Source: Candidatus Latescibacterota bacterium
GTDB lineage: Bacteria > Latescibacterota > UBA2968 > UBA8231
Direction of reading: 5' to 3'
DNA length: 64,000 bases
NCBI GenBank assembly: GCA_963422735.1
Contig: OY730476.1
Coordinates: 768,001 to 832,000 of the forward strand
Shown here one piece after another: positions 9,606-20,436 of this stretch (position 1 is the stretch's first letter; the number at the start of each line of letters is the position of its first letter). The notes beneath the pieces were generated by a model. It worked only from the letters and a program-made list of their open reading frames with translations, did no database searches and was not told the origin of the DNA. Position numbers and translations under genes: made by a program.

Positions 9606-12518
9606 TCACTCCTCTTGTGAGTACGCTTCTACAGGCGGACAGGAACAGATCAGGTTGCGATCACCCTGCGCGTCGTTTAGTCGCCCTACGGTCGGCCAGA
9701 ATTTGCGCTCCAGCAACCAAGGGGCTGGCAAGGCGGCAACGGCTCTAGAATAGGGCCGATCCCACTCGGCGGCCAGCACGACGTCCAAGGGGTGCGGCGC
9801 GTGGACGAGCGGATTGTTGGCTCGGTCCATTTCCCCGGCGGCTACCTGCCGGATTTCGCCGCCAATGGCGATCATGGCCGCGCAGAACCGGTCCAATTCG
9901 GCCTTGGACTCGCTCTCGGTGGGTTCGACCATCAGGGTCCCGGCAACTGGGAAGGATACCGTAGGAGCGTGGAACCCGTAGTCCATCAACCGCTTGGCCA
10001 CGTCTTCTACGCCAATGCCGTACTCCCGCGCCCAGCGCAGGTCGAGGATGCATTCGTGGGCCACGCGCCCGTTGCGCCCTTTGTACAGCACGGGGAAGGA
10101 ATCCGCGAGGCGGTTGCTCAGGTAATTGGCGTTGAGGATCGCCACCTGCGTCGCCTCGGCGAGGCCCGCGCCGCCCATCAGGCGCAAATACGCCCAAGAT
10201 ATGAGCAGAATCGAGGCACTGCCCCACGGAGCGGCCGCAATGGGGCCGATCGATTCACCGCCTGAAGGCGGCGGGTGGGACGTTTCACCGCCTGAAGGCG
10301 GCGGGTGGGGCGTTCCGGCCCCGCCGGTGTGGACGAGAGGGTGCGAGGGCAAAAACTCCACCAAGTGCTCGGCCACGGCAATGGGCCCCATCCCCGGGCC
10401 GCCCCCGCCGTGGGGGATGCAAAAGGTCTTGTGCAAATTCAAATGGCACACGTCAATGCCGATTTCCCCGGGCCGGCACAATCCCACCAAGGCATTCATA
10501 TTGGCACCGTCCATATAGACTTGACCGCCTGCTTGGTGAACGACCGCGCAGATTTCGCCGATGGCCTCTTCAAACACCCCATGGGTCGATGGATACGTCA
10601 CCATCAGGGCCGCTAGCCGATCGCGGTGTGCAGCAGACTTCGCTCGCAGATCCGCCAAGTCGATATTGCCCTCGGCGTCACAGGCGACGACGACCACGTC
10701 GAACCCAGCCATCGCCGCGCTAGCCGGGTTCGTCCCATGGGCCGAGGCCGGAATGAGGCAGACGTTCCGCTGGACCTCCCCGCACGTTTGGTGGTATTTG
10801 CGCACGATGAGTAGGCCGGCGTATTCGCCCTGCGAACCCGCGTTGGGTTGCAGTGAAATGCCCTTGAGGCCGGTGATTTCGCGCAGCATGTCCTCCATTT
10901 CGGCGAAAATCGCCGCGTAACCCCGGGCTTGCTCTACGGGCGCAAACGGATGCAGCGCAGCAAATTCAGGCCAAGTAACTGCCATCATTTCCGCGGTCGC
11001 ATTGAGCTTCATGGTACACGAGCCGAGGGGAATCATCGCGTGGACCAAAGACATGTCTTTGGCTTCGAGCCGGCGCATGTAGCGCATCATTTCGGTCTCG
11101 GAATGATGCAACGCAAACACTGGATGCTCCATGAAGCGCGAGTGGCGGCCGTGGACAGACTCCCAAGCAGGCTCTGCACCAACTTGGGCAGGCAGCTTGC
11201 TGCCTAGCAAGGCGAGGATAGCCTGCAAATCGGCCTTGTGCGTCGTTTCGTCGAGGGCAATGCCCCAGTGCCCGTCCCCCAAATCGCGGAAGTTCGTCCC
11301 CTCGGTCCGCGCCTGTGTCAACAGCGCGTCTCCCTGCGCCCCCACCTCAACTCGTAGCGCGTCGAAGTACTGATCGTGGACGACTCGGTAGCCGGCTTCC
11401 TCCAGCCCGCGGGCAAGCGCCCGCGCTTGGCGGTGTATGCGGCGGGCTATGCGCAGCAACCCTTCCGGCCCGTGATAGACCGCGTACATGCTCGCCACCA
11501 CGGCCGGCAAGACCTCGGCCGTGCAGATGTTGCTCGTAGCTCGTTCTCGTTTGATGTGCTGTTCGCGGGTTTGCAGGGCCATGCGCAGGGCGGGCCGGCC
11601 GCGGACGTCCTCTGAGACGCCAATGATGCGCCCGGGCACCTGCCGCCGGAACTCGGATCGCGTCGCCAAAAAGGCTGCGTGCGGGCCACCGTATCCCATC
11701 GGCATGCCAAAGCGCTGTGCGCTCCCGATGGCCGCATCGGCCCCAAATTCCCCGGGGGGCCGCAGCAAACACAGGGCGAGCAAATCGACCGCCACACACA
11801 CCAGCGTCTGATGGGCGTGAGCCTGAGCGCAGAACTCGGTGTAGTCGTATAGAGCACCGTCTGAGGCTGGATACTGGAGCAGGGCTGCGAAGGCCCCGGC
11901 CGCAAAATCCCATTCTCGATGATCACCTACTACAACCTCCCATCCCCGCGACTCGGCCCGGACCTTGACCACTGCTACGGTTTGCGGGTGGCAGGCCGAC
12001 GAGACAAAGACGCGCTGGCTCGCGTTCTTCTTTTGCACTGCCCGCAGCATGGCAATGGCTTCGGCTGCGGCCGTGGCTTCGTCCAACAAGGAGGCATTGG
12101 CCAAGGCAAAACCCGTCAGATCGCCGACCATGGTCTGGAAGTTGAGCAGGGCCTCTAGCCGCCCTTGGGCGATTTCGGACTGGTAGGGCGTGTACTGGGT
12201 GTACCAACCTGGGTTCTCCAAGATGTTGCGCTGGATCGCCGGAGGGGTTATGCAGTCTGAGTAACCCATGCCGATAAAACTGCGGTATATGCGATTCTGG
12301 CCGGCCAATTCGCGCAACCTTCCCATCAGCTCGTACTCGCTGATGCCTTCTCCCAGCGCCAAGGGGCCTTGCATCCGAATCGCCGCCGGCAGGGCCTCAG
12401 CCATGAGGTCGTCCAAGCTGTCGGCTCCCACGGCTGCGAGCATGGCGGCTACGTCTGCGTCCGTAGGGCCGATGTGCCGGCGGACAAAAGCATCGCTAGG
12501 TCCAAATTCGTCGCCCAT
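9606..12518 (-). CDS. gcvP: Glycine dehydrogenase (aminomethyl-transferring), single-chain
   Basis: [44 protein letters not shown]. Confidence 0.98.
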   Translation of the reverse strand: MGDEFGPSDAFVRRHIGPTDADVAAMLAAVGADSLDDLMAEALPAAIRMQGPLALGEGISEYELMGRLRELAGQNRIYRSFIGMGYSDCITPPAIQRNILENPGWYTQYTPYQSEIAQGRLEALLNFQTMVGDLTGFALANASLLDEATAAAEAIAMLRAVQKKNASQRVFVSSACHPQTVAVVKVRAESRGWEVVVGDHREWDFAAGAFAALLQYPASDGALYDYTEFCAQAHAHQTLVCVAVDLLALCLLRPPGEFGADAAIGSAQRFGMPMGYGGPHAAFLATRSEFRRQVPGRIIGVSEDVRGRPALRMALQTREQHIKRERATSNICTAEVLPAVVASMYAVYHGPEGLLRIARRIHRQARALARGLEEAGYRVVHDQYFDALRVEVGAQGDALLTQARTEGTNFRDLGDGHWGIALDETTHKADLQAILALLGSKLPAQVGAEPAWESVHGRHSRFMEHPVFALHHSETEMMRYMRRLEAKDMSLVHAMIPLGSCTMKLNATAEMMAVTWPEFAALHPFAPVEQARGYAAIFAEMEDMLREITGLKGISLQPNAGSQGEYAGLLIVRKYHQTCGEVQRNVCLIPASAHGTNPASAAMAGFDVVVVACDAEGNIDLADLRAKSAAHRDRLAALMVTYPSTHGVFEEAIGEICAVVHQAGGQVYMDGANMNALVGLCRPGEIGIDVCHLNLHKTFCIPHGGGGPGMGPIAVAEHLVEFLPSHPLVHTGGAGTPHPPPSGGETSHPPPSGGESIGPIAAAPWGSASILLISWAYLRLMGGAGLAEATQVAILNANYLSNRLADSFPVLYKGRNGRVAHECILDLRWAREYGIGVEDVAKRLMDYGFHAPTVSFPVAGTLMVEPTESESKAELDRFCAAMIAIGGEIRQVAAGEMDRANNPLVHAPHPLDVVLAAEWDRPYSRAVAALPAPWLLERKFWPTVGRLNDAQGDRNLICSCPPVEAYSQEE
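10254..10313. repeat. Two tandem 30-bp units with palindromic core CCGCC-TGAA-GGCGG, in-frame in gcvP
   Basis: TTCACCGCCTGAAGGCGGCGGGTGGG(A/G)CGT x2; encodes xHPPPSGGE twice. Confidence 0.9.
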
Positions 12519-12530
12519 GTGCCCTCCGCG

Positions 12531-13640
12531 TCAGTCCTTTTTAATGCCCGAAGGCACAAAGGGCAGCTTGACCACCAAGGCGGGTTGTCGCTTGCCCTTC
12601 ATGTCGATGTACACCTCGGTGCCTATCTTTTGCACACCGCTCTGCAAGTAGGCCAGCCCGATCCCCTCTCCGAGTACCGGCGAGTGCGTCCCACTGGTCA
12701 CGGTACCCACCTGCTCACCATGCTGGTCGAAAACTGGATAATCCGGTCGGGGAATGCCCCTTTTCAGCATGCGGAAGCCGCGCAGGCGACGATAGCCTCC
12801 GGCTGTGCGTTGCGCCCGCAACGCCTCGGCTCCGACAAAAATCGCCTCTTTTTTTAAGTCCAAGGTCCAAGTCAAACCCGCTTCTAAGGGGGTCGTCTGC
12901 TCGTTCAATTCGCGGCCATAGAGGCAAAACCCCATCTCGATGCGCAAGGTGTCGCGCGCACCTAGCCCACAAGGCCGGGCACCGGCCGCACGGAGTTTCG
13001 CCCACAGCGCGGCAACTTGATCGGCCGGGCACATGATCTCAAAGCCGTCTTCTCCGGTGTAGCCATTGCGGCTGAGCAAGGCTCGTATCCCGGCGATCTC
13101 CATCACCTTGCAGCGATAGTACCCTAGCGCCACGCTAGCCGGTCCAGCGAGTGCTTCGACTAGGGCGGCAGCCTGCGGCCCCTGCACCGCTACCATGCCC
13201 TGTTCATCGCTCAAGTCCTCAATTTGCACATCCGACCAATCTGCTACGAGCGCGGTAATCCACTGCCAATCAGCGGCTTTCCGGCTCGCGTTGACCACCA
13301 AGAGGTACTGCTGCTGTGCGAGCCGGTACACCACTAGATCGTCCACGCATCCGCCCTGTTCATTACACAGCGGCGCGTAGAGCATCTGACCGATAGTCAA
13401 TTTGCGGACCCGCGCCGGCAAGAGGCTGTCGAGGAAGGCCAATCCGCGCTCCCCGGAAATGGCGATTCGGCCCATGTGCGATATGTCGAACAGCCCGGTC
13501 GATCGGCGCACTGCCCAGTGTTCGCTGCGGATGCCCTCGAACTGGACCGGCATTTCCCACCCGCCAAAGGGCACCATGCGCCCGCCTTCGGCGACGGCAA
13601 CCTCATAGAGGGGCGTCCGCTGTAAACGCTCATTTGTCAT
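12531..13640 (-). CDS. gcvT: Glycine cleavage system aminomethyltransferase T
   Basis: RTPLY, FGGWEMPVQF, LFDISHMG, GYTGEDGFE, GLGARDTLR; start at MTNERL overlapping the coaE stop. Confidence 0.96.
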   Translation of the reverse strand: MTNERLQRTPLYEVAVAEGGRMVPFGGWEMPVQFEGIRSEHWAVRRSTGLFDISHMGRIAISGERGLAFLDSLLPARVRKLTIGQMLYAPLCNEQGGCVDDLVVYRLAQQQYLLVVNASRKAADWQWITALVADWSDVQIEDLSDEQGMVAVQGPQAAALVEALAGPASVALGYYRCKVMEIAGIRALLSRNGYTGEDGFEIMCPADQVAALWAKLRAAGARPCGLGARDTLRIEMGFCLYGRELNEQTTPLEAGLTWTLDLKKEAIFVGAEALRAQRTAGGYRRLRGFRMLKRGIPRPDYPVFDQHGEQVGTVTSGTHSPVLGEGIGLAYLQSGVQKIGTEVYIDMKGKRQPALVVKLPFVPSGIKKD

Positions 13641-14256
13641 GGCTGCCTCTTCCCTGCGCGGCGCGGACCAACTCGGCCCACAGTGCTTCTGCCTGCGCGG
13701 CGAGCGCGGTCGAACTACCGTTGTTGTCAATGACAAAATCGGCGCGGGCCTTTTTTTTTGTTGGATCCATCTGGCGGGCCATCCGCTGTCTAATCTCGCA
13801 TACCGGCAAGCCGCTGCGCTGCTGCACCCTCGACACGCACCGTTCCTCCTCGGCATCGACCACCACGATCCGGTCAAAGTTCCCTTCGTTTCCCCACTCG
13901 TATATCAGCGGCGCATCAAATATCACGACTCCACCGCCGGCTTCCTCCACAGCCTGCGCCAGCCTGCGCTTTATGGCCGCTGCCAGCGGCGGCCGCATAA
14001 TCGCCTCTAACCGCTGGCTCGCCTCGTCCGACCGCAGAGCGCGACGCCCCAACTCCCGGCGGTTTAAGCACCCGTCTGGGCCGAGCAGATCGCGGCCAAA
14101 TGCCGCTTGCAGATTCTCTATTACTCCTGGGATGGTCGCCACTTCGCGGGCCACTTCGTCGGCATCGACCCGCAGCGCACCAAATTCGGCGAGCATCTGC
14201 GCTAGTGCGGACTTGCCCGCACCCATACCGCCAGTAATGCCTACGAGCACGTGCAC
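13630..14256 (-). CDS. coaE: Dephospho-CoA kinase
   Basis: GITGGMGAGKS, DAD, DAPLIYE, ADFVIDNNG. Confidence 0.95.
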   Translation of the reverse strand: MHVLVGITGGMGAGKSALAQMLAEFGALRVDADEVAREVATIPGVIENLQAAFGRDLLGPDGCLNRRELGRRALRSDEASQRLEAIMRPPLAAAIKRRLAQAVEEAGGGVVIFDAPLIYEWGNEGNFDRIVVVDAEEERCVSRVQQRSGLPVCEIRQRMARQMDPTKKKARADFVIDNNGSSTALAAQAEALWAELVRAAQGRGSHDK

Positions 14257-14367
14257 CTGTGGCTAGCTAGGTTCAACCAACAGCACTCAAAAGATCGTAG
14301 CACTATGCCTTACAATGGTTTAAGGACTTAACTTTCGGAGGGCAACCACGTTCTGTGAACAGGGTAA

Positions 14368-14396
14368 AATGTACCGCGCCAACCCAGCGCGGTCAA
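14368..14396 (-). promoter_or_regulatory. Sigma-70-type promoter for coaE-gcvT-gcvP-gmd
   Basis: TTGACC-17bp-TACATT on minus strand. Confidence 0.6.
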
Positions 14397-14416
14397 CCGA
14401 CCTGAGCGGTGCCCCA

Positions 14417-14445
14417 TTGACACTGTATTGGGCATCGCCTATAGT
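14417..14445 (+). promoter_or_regulatory. Sigma-70-type promoter for clpP
   Basis: TTGACA-17bp-TATAGT. Confidence 0.75.
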
Positions 14446-14489
14446 CCATTAATCAGCGAACAGGCTCTCTTCTCACGACAGAATAATAC

Positions 14490-15095
14490 ATGGCAATCGT
14501 ACCCGTAGTAATCGAACAGACCGGCCGCGGCGAACGCGCCTACGACATTTTTTCTCGCCTTCTCAAGGAGCGGATCATCTTCATCAGCTCCCCGATCGAC
14601 GATCGCGAAGCCAACCTAATCATCGCTCAGCTCCTCTTTCTAACCTCGGAAGATCCCAAGAAAGATATTTCGCTCTACATCAACAGCCCCGGCGGCAGCC
14701 TCACAGCCGGCTTGGCCATCTACGACACCATGAAGTACGTTCCCTGCGACGTAGCGACGCTTTGCATCGGCCAAGCATATAGCATGAGCGCGATCCTCCT
14801 CTCCGGCGGAACCAAAGGCAAGCGCCACGCCCTTGCTCATTCTCGGCTCATGCTGCACCAGCCTTGGGGAGGCATCCGCGGGCAAGCGGCCGACATCGAA
14901 ATCCACGCCCGCGAAATCGTCGCGTGGCGCGACCGGCTCAACCATATCTTAGTCCAAGATACCGGCCAGCCGCTCGAGCGCATCGAGCTGGTCACCGAGC
15001 GCGATTACTTTCTTTCGCCCGCCGAGGCGATCGACTTCGGCCTAATTGACGGCCTACTGACGTCCGAAAAAGAGCTGGTAGCCCTCGCCGACTAA
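14490..15095 (+). CDS. clpP: ATP-dependent Clp protease proteolytic subunit
   Basis: [24 protein letters not shown] (Ser), HQP, ERD. Confidence 0.97.
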   Translation: MAIVPVVIEQTGRGERAYDIFSRLLKERIIFISSPIDDREANLIIAQLLFLTSEDPKKDISLYINSPGGSLTAGLAIYDTMKYVPCDVATLCIGQAYSMSAILLSGGTKGKRHALAHSRLMLHQPWGGIRGQAADIEIHAREIVAWRDRLNHILVQDTGQPLERIELVTERDYFLSPAEAIDFGLIDGLLTSEKELVALAD

Positions 15096-16375
15096 TGCCC
15101 CAGCGGGAAGGCGATCACCTCGTCTAAGCAAGACGCGCCGGCAATTACCACAACCAACCGATCCAATCCCAAGGCCACCCCACCAGCTGGCGGAATGCCC
15201 CGCTCCATAGCCGCGAGAAACGCCTCGTCGGCCGGTGCGCCCCCCGACCGAGCACCCCGCGCAAAGCGCTCGCGCTGTTGGACTGGGTCGTTTAACTCTG
15301 TATAGCCGTTTGATAGCTCCACCCCTCCCAAGTACGCTTCCGTTCTCTCGGCCACGGCCGGATCGCCTTCTTTTAGTTTGGCCAATGCGGCTAACTGCCG
15401 AGGATAATCGAAAAGGTGGACCGCCCCTAGTTTGGCCAATTCTGGCTCGACTTTTTCCAGCAAAATCTTGTGGTATAGCTCTTCCCAACTATCTCCTTGT
15501 CTAGCGCTGCCATAGCCCAAAGCACGGGCGCGACGAAAAAGCAACTCCGCGTCTGTACAGGCCTGCAGATCGACAGCAGCCCAGCGCACAAAGGCATCGC
15601 GGACGCTGAGCCGCTCCCACGGCGGCTGCAAGTCGATCTCGCTTCCTGCCCGGACCACGCTCAACCGCCCCAAGACGCTTTCCGCCACATGAGCCACCAA
15701 GTGCTCGACATCGGCCATAATTTCCTCGTAACTGGCGTACGCCCGATACCATTCGACGAGGGTAAACTCGGGGTTGTGTTGCGGCCCCATCTCCCCATTG
15801 CGGTACGAGCGGCTGATCTGGTAAATCCGCTCAAAGCCCACTCCGAGCAACCGCTTCATGTACAGCTCGGGGGAGGGAGCGAGATAAAGCTGCTCTTTCG
15901 CCTTATCCCCCTGGTACTCTGTGGCGAACAGCTGTATGTGTTCCTCTTGCGCCGAGGCGCGGGCCAAAGTGGGCGTCTCCACAGCGAGGAAGTTCGCGTC
16001 CCGAAAAAAATCGCGCACAGCGTCTAACACGGCGGCCCGCACCCGCATATTCGCCCACAGCCCGTTGGCGTGGAACCGCACCCAATCCCCTCGGTGCCAC
16101 GCCGCGCTACTAGAGGCTAACAAGCGAATTTCACTAACGTCTATAACCCCTTCTGCAGCAATCCCATATAGCTCGACTATATCCCCGACTTTTATCCCTT
16201 CTGCCCATGTCTTCACGACGAAATCAACTCCACCGCTCTCGTCTGTGATCCTCCCCCGCCCTTCGGCGAAGTGGAGGAGCCGCCCCCGCACAGCCACTTC
16301 CCCGACCGCAGCAGCCGCTGCGGCCGCAGGCTGGTGCCGCCACAGCAGCCGCGATGGATAGTGTCTAGACTGCAT
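15092..16375 (-). CDS. epmA: EF-P lysine ligase EpmA (PoxA/GenX) with N-terminal OB-fold-like extension
   Basis: [43 protein letters not shown]; start placed at MQSRH, downstream of the clpX terminator. Confidence 0.85.
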   Translation of the reverse strand: MQSRHYPSRLLWRHQPAAAAAAAVGEVAVRGRLLHFAEGRGRITDESGGVDFVVKTWAEGIKVGDIVELYGIAAEGVIDVSEIRLLASSSAAWHRGDWVRFHANGLWANMRVRAAVLDAVRDFFRDANFLAVETPTLARASAQEEHIQLFATEYQGDKAKEQLYLAPSPELYMKRLLGVGFERIYQISRSYRNGEMGPQHNPEFTLVEWYRAYASYEEIMADVEHLVAHVAESVLGRLSVVRAGSEIDLQPPWERLSVRDAFVRWAAVDLQACTDAELLFRRARALGYGSARQGDSWEELYHKILLEKVEPELAKLGAVHLFDYPRQLAALAKLKEGDPAVAERTEAYLGGVELSNGYTELNDPVQQRERFARGARSGGAPADEAFLAAMERGIPPAGGVALGLDRLVVVIAGASCLDEVIAFPLGH

Positions 16376-16389
16376 TGCCCTTTTCTCAC

Positions 16390-16431
16390 AAAAAACCCTT
16401 CTCCGCCAGTGAACGCGCTGGCGGAGAAGGG
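16390..16431 (-). terminator. Rho-independent terminator after clpX
   Basis: CCCTTCTCCGCCAG/CTGGCGGAGAAGGG 14-bp stem followed by T-run on minus strand. Confidence 0.85.
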
Positions 16432-16463
16432 ATATAGTTAAAGCTCGATGCCTGGTTTGGGAA

Positions 16464-17690
16464 TCAAGCTCGCTTCTTGTTGTACACAAACGTCGGCGGA
16501 GCCTTGTTTTCGATGAACTCCTTGGTAATGACGCATTTGGCGATGTCATCTCGTGCCGGGAGATCGAACATGACTTCAAACATGACGGTCTCTAAGACTG
16601 CCCGCAGACCGCGTGCGCCCATCTCCTTTTCTTGAGTCAATGCGACGACCTTCCTCAGGGCCTCCTCTTCAAACCGCAGGGCAATGCCATCCATCTCAAA
16701 CAGCTTCTGGTACTGTTTGACGAGTGCGTTCCGCGGTTTAAGCAGGATGTCCATTAGCGCCCGATCGCTGAAGGGATGCAAGATACCCACCACCGGCAAG
16801 CGGCCAATCAACTCGGGGATTAGGCCGTACTGGATCAATTCTTCGGGTTCGACTCGCGCCAACAGATTAGACTCGTCTGATTCCTCGCGGTCGTCGAGGG
16901 GGCTGCCAAAGCCCATGGACTTGGTTCCGATGCGCTGGCTAATAATTTTGTCCAGCCCATCGAAAGCCCCTCCGCAGATAAAGAGAATGTTTTTGGTGTT
17001 TATTTGTACCAAAGGCTGTTCGGGATGTTTGCGCCCTCCTTTCGGCGGCACCCCCGACACCGTCCCCTCTAAGATCTTGAGGAGCTCCTGTTGGACTCCT
17101 TCGCCTGAAACGTCGCGGGTTATGGAGGGATTGCCGGATTTGCGGGCGACTTTGTCCAGCTCGTCGACAAACAAGATCCCGCGCTCGGCTTGTTTGACAT
17201 CGTAATCCGCGGCTTGGAGGAGCCGCACGAGGATATTTTCCACGTCCTCGCCCACGTACCCGGCCTCGGTGAGGACGGTGGCATCAACGATGGCAAAGGG
17301 CACTTTTAATATGCGCGCCAGCGTCTCCGCCAAAAGCGTCTTGCCCACTCCGGTGGGGCCGATGAGTAGGATATTGCTCTTGCTGAGCTGGACATCCGCA
17401 GTGCCGGAATATACCCGCTTGTAGTGATTGTACACGGCGACCGAGAGCGCCTTTTTGGCGCGTTCTTGGCCGATAATATGCGCGTCGAGGTGGGCCTTAA
17501 TCTCGGCGGGCTTAGGCAAGGGGCGACCGTTGAGACTGGGCTCGTGCTTGTCGTCCTCTGCCAGCCTCTCGTTGCACAAGCCGATGCACTCGCTGCATAT
17601 ATACACCGAAGGCCCCTGAATGACCTTCTCGACTTGATCGCCCCCCTTGCCGCAGAACGAACAGGCTATATCGGGCGTTTTTTTACCCAT
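16464..17690 (-). CDS. clpX: ATP-dependent Clp protease ATP-binding subunit
   Basis: CSFCGK zinc finger, [26 protein letters not shown]. Confidence 0.98.
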   Translation of the reverse strand: MGKKTPDIACSFCGKGGDQVEKVIQGPSVYICSECIGLCNERLAEDDKHEPSLNGRPLPKPAEIKAHLDAHIIGQERAKKALSVAVYNHYKRVYSGTADVQLSKSNILLIGPTGVGKTLLAETLARILKVPFAIVDATVLTEAGYVGEDVENILVRLLQAADYDVKQAERGILFVDELDKVARKSGNPSITRDVSGEGVQQELLKILEGTVSGVPPKGGRKHPEQPLVQINTKNILFICGGAFDGLDKIISQRIGTKSMGFGSPLDDREESDESNLLARVEPEELIQYGLIPELIGRLPVVGILHPFSDRALMDILLKPRNALVKQYQKLFEMDGIALRFEEEALRKVVALTQEKEMGARGLRAVLETVMFEVMFDLPARDDIAKCVITKEFIENKAPPTFVYNKKRA

Positions 17691-17696
17691 CTTCCC

Positions 17697-18326
17697 CTAC
17701 GATCCATCCTCGTCGTCTTGGGGATCCGGGGCACTGCCTTCGCTCTCAGAGGGGTCGCCATCGGCTGCGACGCTCTCAGCCTGCCCGGTTTCGTCGAGGG
17801 TCTCAGTCGGGGTGGCCACAGCCGTCTCCTCTTCGGCCTTGTCTTGACCGGCCTTCATCACGTTGATGGCTTGGAACCCCTTGGCGGTGCGGGTCACCAT
17901 GAACTCAACTTCGTCATCCTGGGTCAAACTCCGGTCCCAAGATGAAATATCGCGCCAGTGGACGAAGACATCGACATGGCCATCTGTAGAAATAAAACCA
18001 TATCCCTTATCATTGTTAAACCACTTGACTATGCCGCGAGTCCAGGTGTTTTCCGCTAGGCCGCGGCGCTCGTGCGTTGAAGGGCTGCTCTCCGCACTGC
18101 CGGGGAGCGGACGAGACGGCTGTTTCTTCTCCTCGCTCTCCAGAACGCGGGCGAACAGATCTTGCTTGAGACCTTGACCGCCCTCGGCACCTTGGGCTAT
18201 CCACTCGACAGCCGCCATCATACCTATGACGTAAGGACTATCGTTGCCGTAGAGCTTACGGGCGTCCCCTATGCGTTGAGCCAGTTCGCTCACCACCCTG
18301 CTTTCTAAGTGTATTGAACTACCCAA
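17697..18326 (-). CDS. Cold-shock domain protein with N-terminal extra domain and acidic tail
   Basis: GIVKWFNNDKGYGFI..DVFVHW (RNP1/RNP2) in the middle of the protein. Confidence 0.85.
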   Translation of the reverse strand: MGSSIHLESRVVSELAQRIGDARKLYGNDSPYVIGMMAAVEWIAQGAEGGQGLKQDLFARVLESEEKKQPSRPLPGSAESSPSTHERRGLAENTWTRGIVKWFNNDKGYGFISTDGHVDVFVHWRDISSWDRSLTQDDEVEFMVTRTAKGFQAINVMKAGQDKAEEETAVATPTETLDETGQAESVAADGDPSESEGSAPDPQDDEDGS

Positions 18327-18419
18327 TTAATCTATTCCTCCTACCCCTAAAGGGCCTTAAATGCCTCTTATCAAAGTTCGGGATATAAGGGATTTAGTTA
18401 AGCAATATGCATAGGTTTG

Positions 18420-19808
18420 TCAACCTACTCTAAACCGGTATTGCTTAACCCCTTCGTAGATGGTTTGGCCGCTCACTTTCGCTATACCCGTGAGCGGCAC
18501 GGCGATTAGCATCCCGACGATGCCCATGAATTGACTTCCCACCATGACGACAAAGAGGACGACCAAAGGATGCAACTCGACGCTTTTGGCCACCATTGTG
18601 GGTTGAATGAGTACGTTGTCGATCAGTTGAATGACCAAGAACATAACGATCACTTTGGCCACCATCGCCAAGCCACCACCAATAGCCAAGGCTACAATCG
18701 AAGAGCAGACGATCCCGATCAATGGCCCGAGATACGGGATTACGTTGGCCAACCCGGCGAGCAACCCCAGAGGCAGGGCATAATAGACGCCGATAATGGA
18801 CAAGCCGCTAATCGAGAGCACCGATACGACGAGGACGGCCAAAAGTTGGCCGCGGATATAATTTCCGATCTGTTTATTGACTTGGTACATTAGGTTTAAG
18901 CACAACTCAAAATAGGCATTGGGAACGAGTGCAATCAGGCACCGCTTCAAGCGCCGCCCCTCTTTGAGAAAAAAGAACGCCACAAATGGCACGAGCACCG
19001 CAAAAGTAAGGCCCGAGATCACGCCCTCGATGAATATCGTAGTGCCCCCCAACATCGTCTGCATTAGCCGCTCGCCGTGCTCCCGGATCAACTCGGCGAG
19101 GCGGAAATCGATCCCCAAATAGGGCTGTAGCATGGGCTCAATTTTTGAAGCCCTATCGCTGGTTTCCGTCAAGATTTTATTGCCGATTTCCACCAAGACG
19201 TTGGGGTCGGCCTCGCCAAAGCCAATATCAGTACGCGAAAACACAACGGAATCCGATTGGCCAGCCGATTGGCCTCCTGTGGCCAAACCACCATTGCCAT
19301 GGACGCTAATGCGCTGGCTATGCGTGCCTCTTCCCTGCGAGTACTCGACTAAGAGCGAGTTTGCAGCCGGTTCGTGACCCTTGGGAACAAAGCGGAGGTG
19401 AACTGCCAACTCCTCCATGGGAGCGATCTCTAGTGGCCAGCGGTGTTCCTCTCTTAGGACAAACGGCTGGTCCCGCGAATCGTCTTCCCAAGCTACCCCT
19501 CGGATGATTAGGAGTTTGTCTCCGGTGTTGGCGATGGTAAAAACTCTATCAACCGTTTCTCCGGTCAGCTTGTCTCCAACCTTAAATGCGCCCAGCCCCA
19601 ACCCGGCAAAAACGAGCGAAAAGACGAGGAGAGTACTCCAAACCCGCCCCAACCCCTTCCTCTCCATCCAATCGACGATTGGACAGAGGACATAGGCTAA
19701 GACAAAAGCTAAAACAAAAGGGGTGAGGATTCCGCGAATCTCGTATAGGAACCACCCGGCGACCGCTACGGCCACTAAGCCGATTGCGATTTTGACTTGC
19801 CAATTCAT
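18420..19808 (-). CDS. AI-2E family transporter with inserted soluble beta-rich domain
   Basis: PFVLAFVLAYVLCPIV, NYIRGQL, IPYLGP, LHPLVV, GMLIAVP. Confidence 0.88.
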   Translation of the reverse strand: MNWQVKIAIGLVAVAVAGWFLYEIRGILTPFVLAFVLAYVLCPIVDWMERKGLGRVWSTLLVFSLVFAGLGLGAFKVGDKLTGETVDRVFTIANTGDKLLIIRGVAWEDDSRDQPFVLREEHRWPLEIAPMEELAVHLRFVPKGHEPAANSLLVEYSQGRGTHSQRISVHGNGGLATGGQSAGQSDSVVFSRTDIGFGEADPNVLVEIGNKILTETSDRASKIEPMLQPYLGIDFRLAELIREHGERLMQTMLGGTTIFIEGVISGLTFAVLVPFVAFFFLKEGRRLKRCLIALVPNAYFELCLNLMYQVNKQIGNYIRGQLLAVLVVSVLSISGLSIIGVYYALPLGLLAGLANVIPYLGPLIGIVCSSIVALAIGGGLAMVAKVIVMFLVIQLIDNVLIQPTMVAKSVELHPLVVLFVVMVGSQFMGIVGMLIAVPLTGIAKVSGQTIYEGVKQYRFRVG

Positions 19809-20392
19809 TGGATACTGCCTGCTCGCCGAGCCCCTTTTAACAGGCGCTCGGGGTCGCGCAACTGCACCGAGAGTTTCTCTATAAGTTCGAGTACGTCGGC
19901 CGAGATCGCTTGCGCCAAGCCCTCGACTATTTTCGAGGCGAGCGGGATGTTACTCTCTATGAGTTCGAGTACGTCGGAGCGGCAAAACACGAGGAGGCTA
20001 CAAGGCCGGACAGCGTAAGCCGAAGCGGGGCGCGGCGATTCATCTACAAGGGCCTGTTCGCCAAAAAAATCCCCACTGGTCAAGGTGGCTAGCTGCTTCT
20101 CAACTCCATCGTCGCCCTTCTGTGCAACCAGCACTTGGCCGGAGACGACGATGTACATCCCCATCCCGGGATCCCCTTGGTTGACAATTGCCTCGCGGGC
20201 TCGCCAATCCCGCGGCCCGTAGAGCATCTCTTCTATTTTGTGCAGCTCTCGTCCGCTCAGCTCTTGAAAAATGGGGACTTTCTTCAAGAGCTTGCAGGTG
20301 GCGGTCGCTTCCTCGTTGCGACCGCTCACTAAGTGCTCTTGCAAGCGACGAAAGACATGCCTCCAGAGAGGATTAGACGGCATGTTTAGCAC
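19805..20392 (-). CDS. Cyclic nucleotide-binding domain protein
   Basis: QGDPGMGMYIVVSG, GDFFGEQAL, PRPASA. Confidence 0.88.
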   Translation of the reverse strand: MLNMPSNPLWRHVFRRLQEHLVSGRNEEATATCKLLKKVPIFQELSGRELHKIEEMLYGPRDWRAREAIVNQGDPGMGMYIVVSGQVLVAQKGDDGVEKQLATLTSGDFFGEQALVDESPRPASAYAVRPCSLLVFCRSDVLELIESNIPLASKIVEGLAQAISADVLELIEKLSVQLRDPERLLKGARRAGSIQ

Positions 20393-20436
20393 TCCCGTTC
20401 AGACAGGCAACGCCCCAAGCTCTCTCGTCCGCACAA

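Noticed and set aside
14257-14410. Glycine riboswitch or 6S RNA upstream of the gcv genes
   Set aside because: No recognisable glycine aptamer motifs; too short and no clear long hairpin for 6S
16376-16579. Long N-terminal extension of epmA given by the ORF track
   Set aside because: Overlaps the clpX 3' end and crosses its terminator
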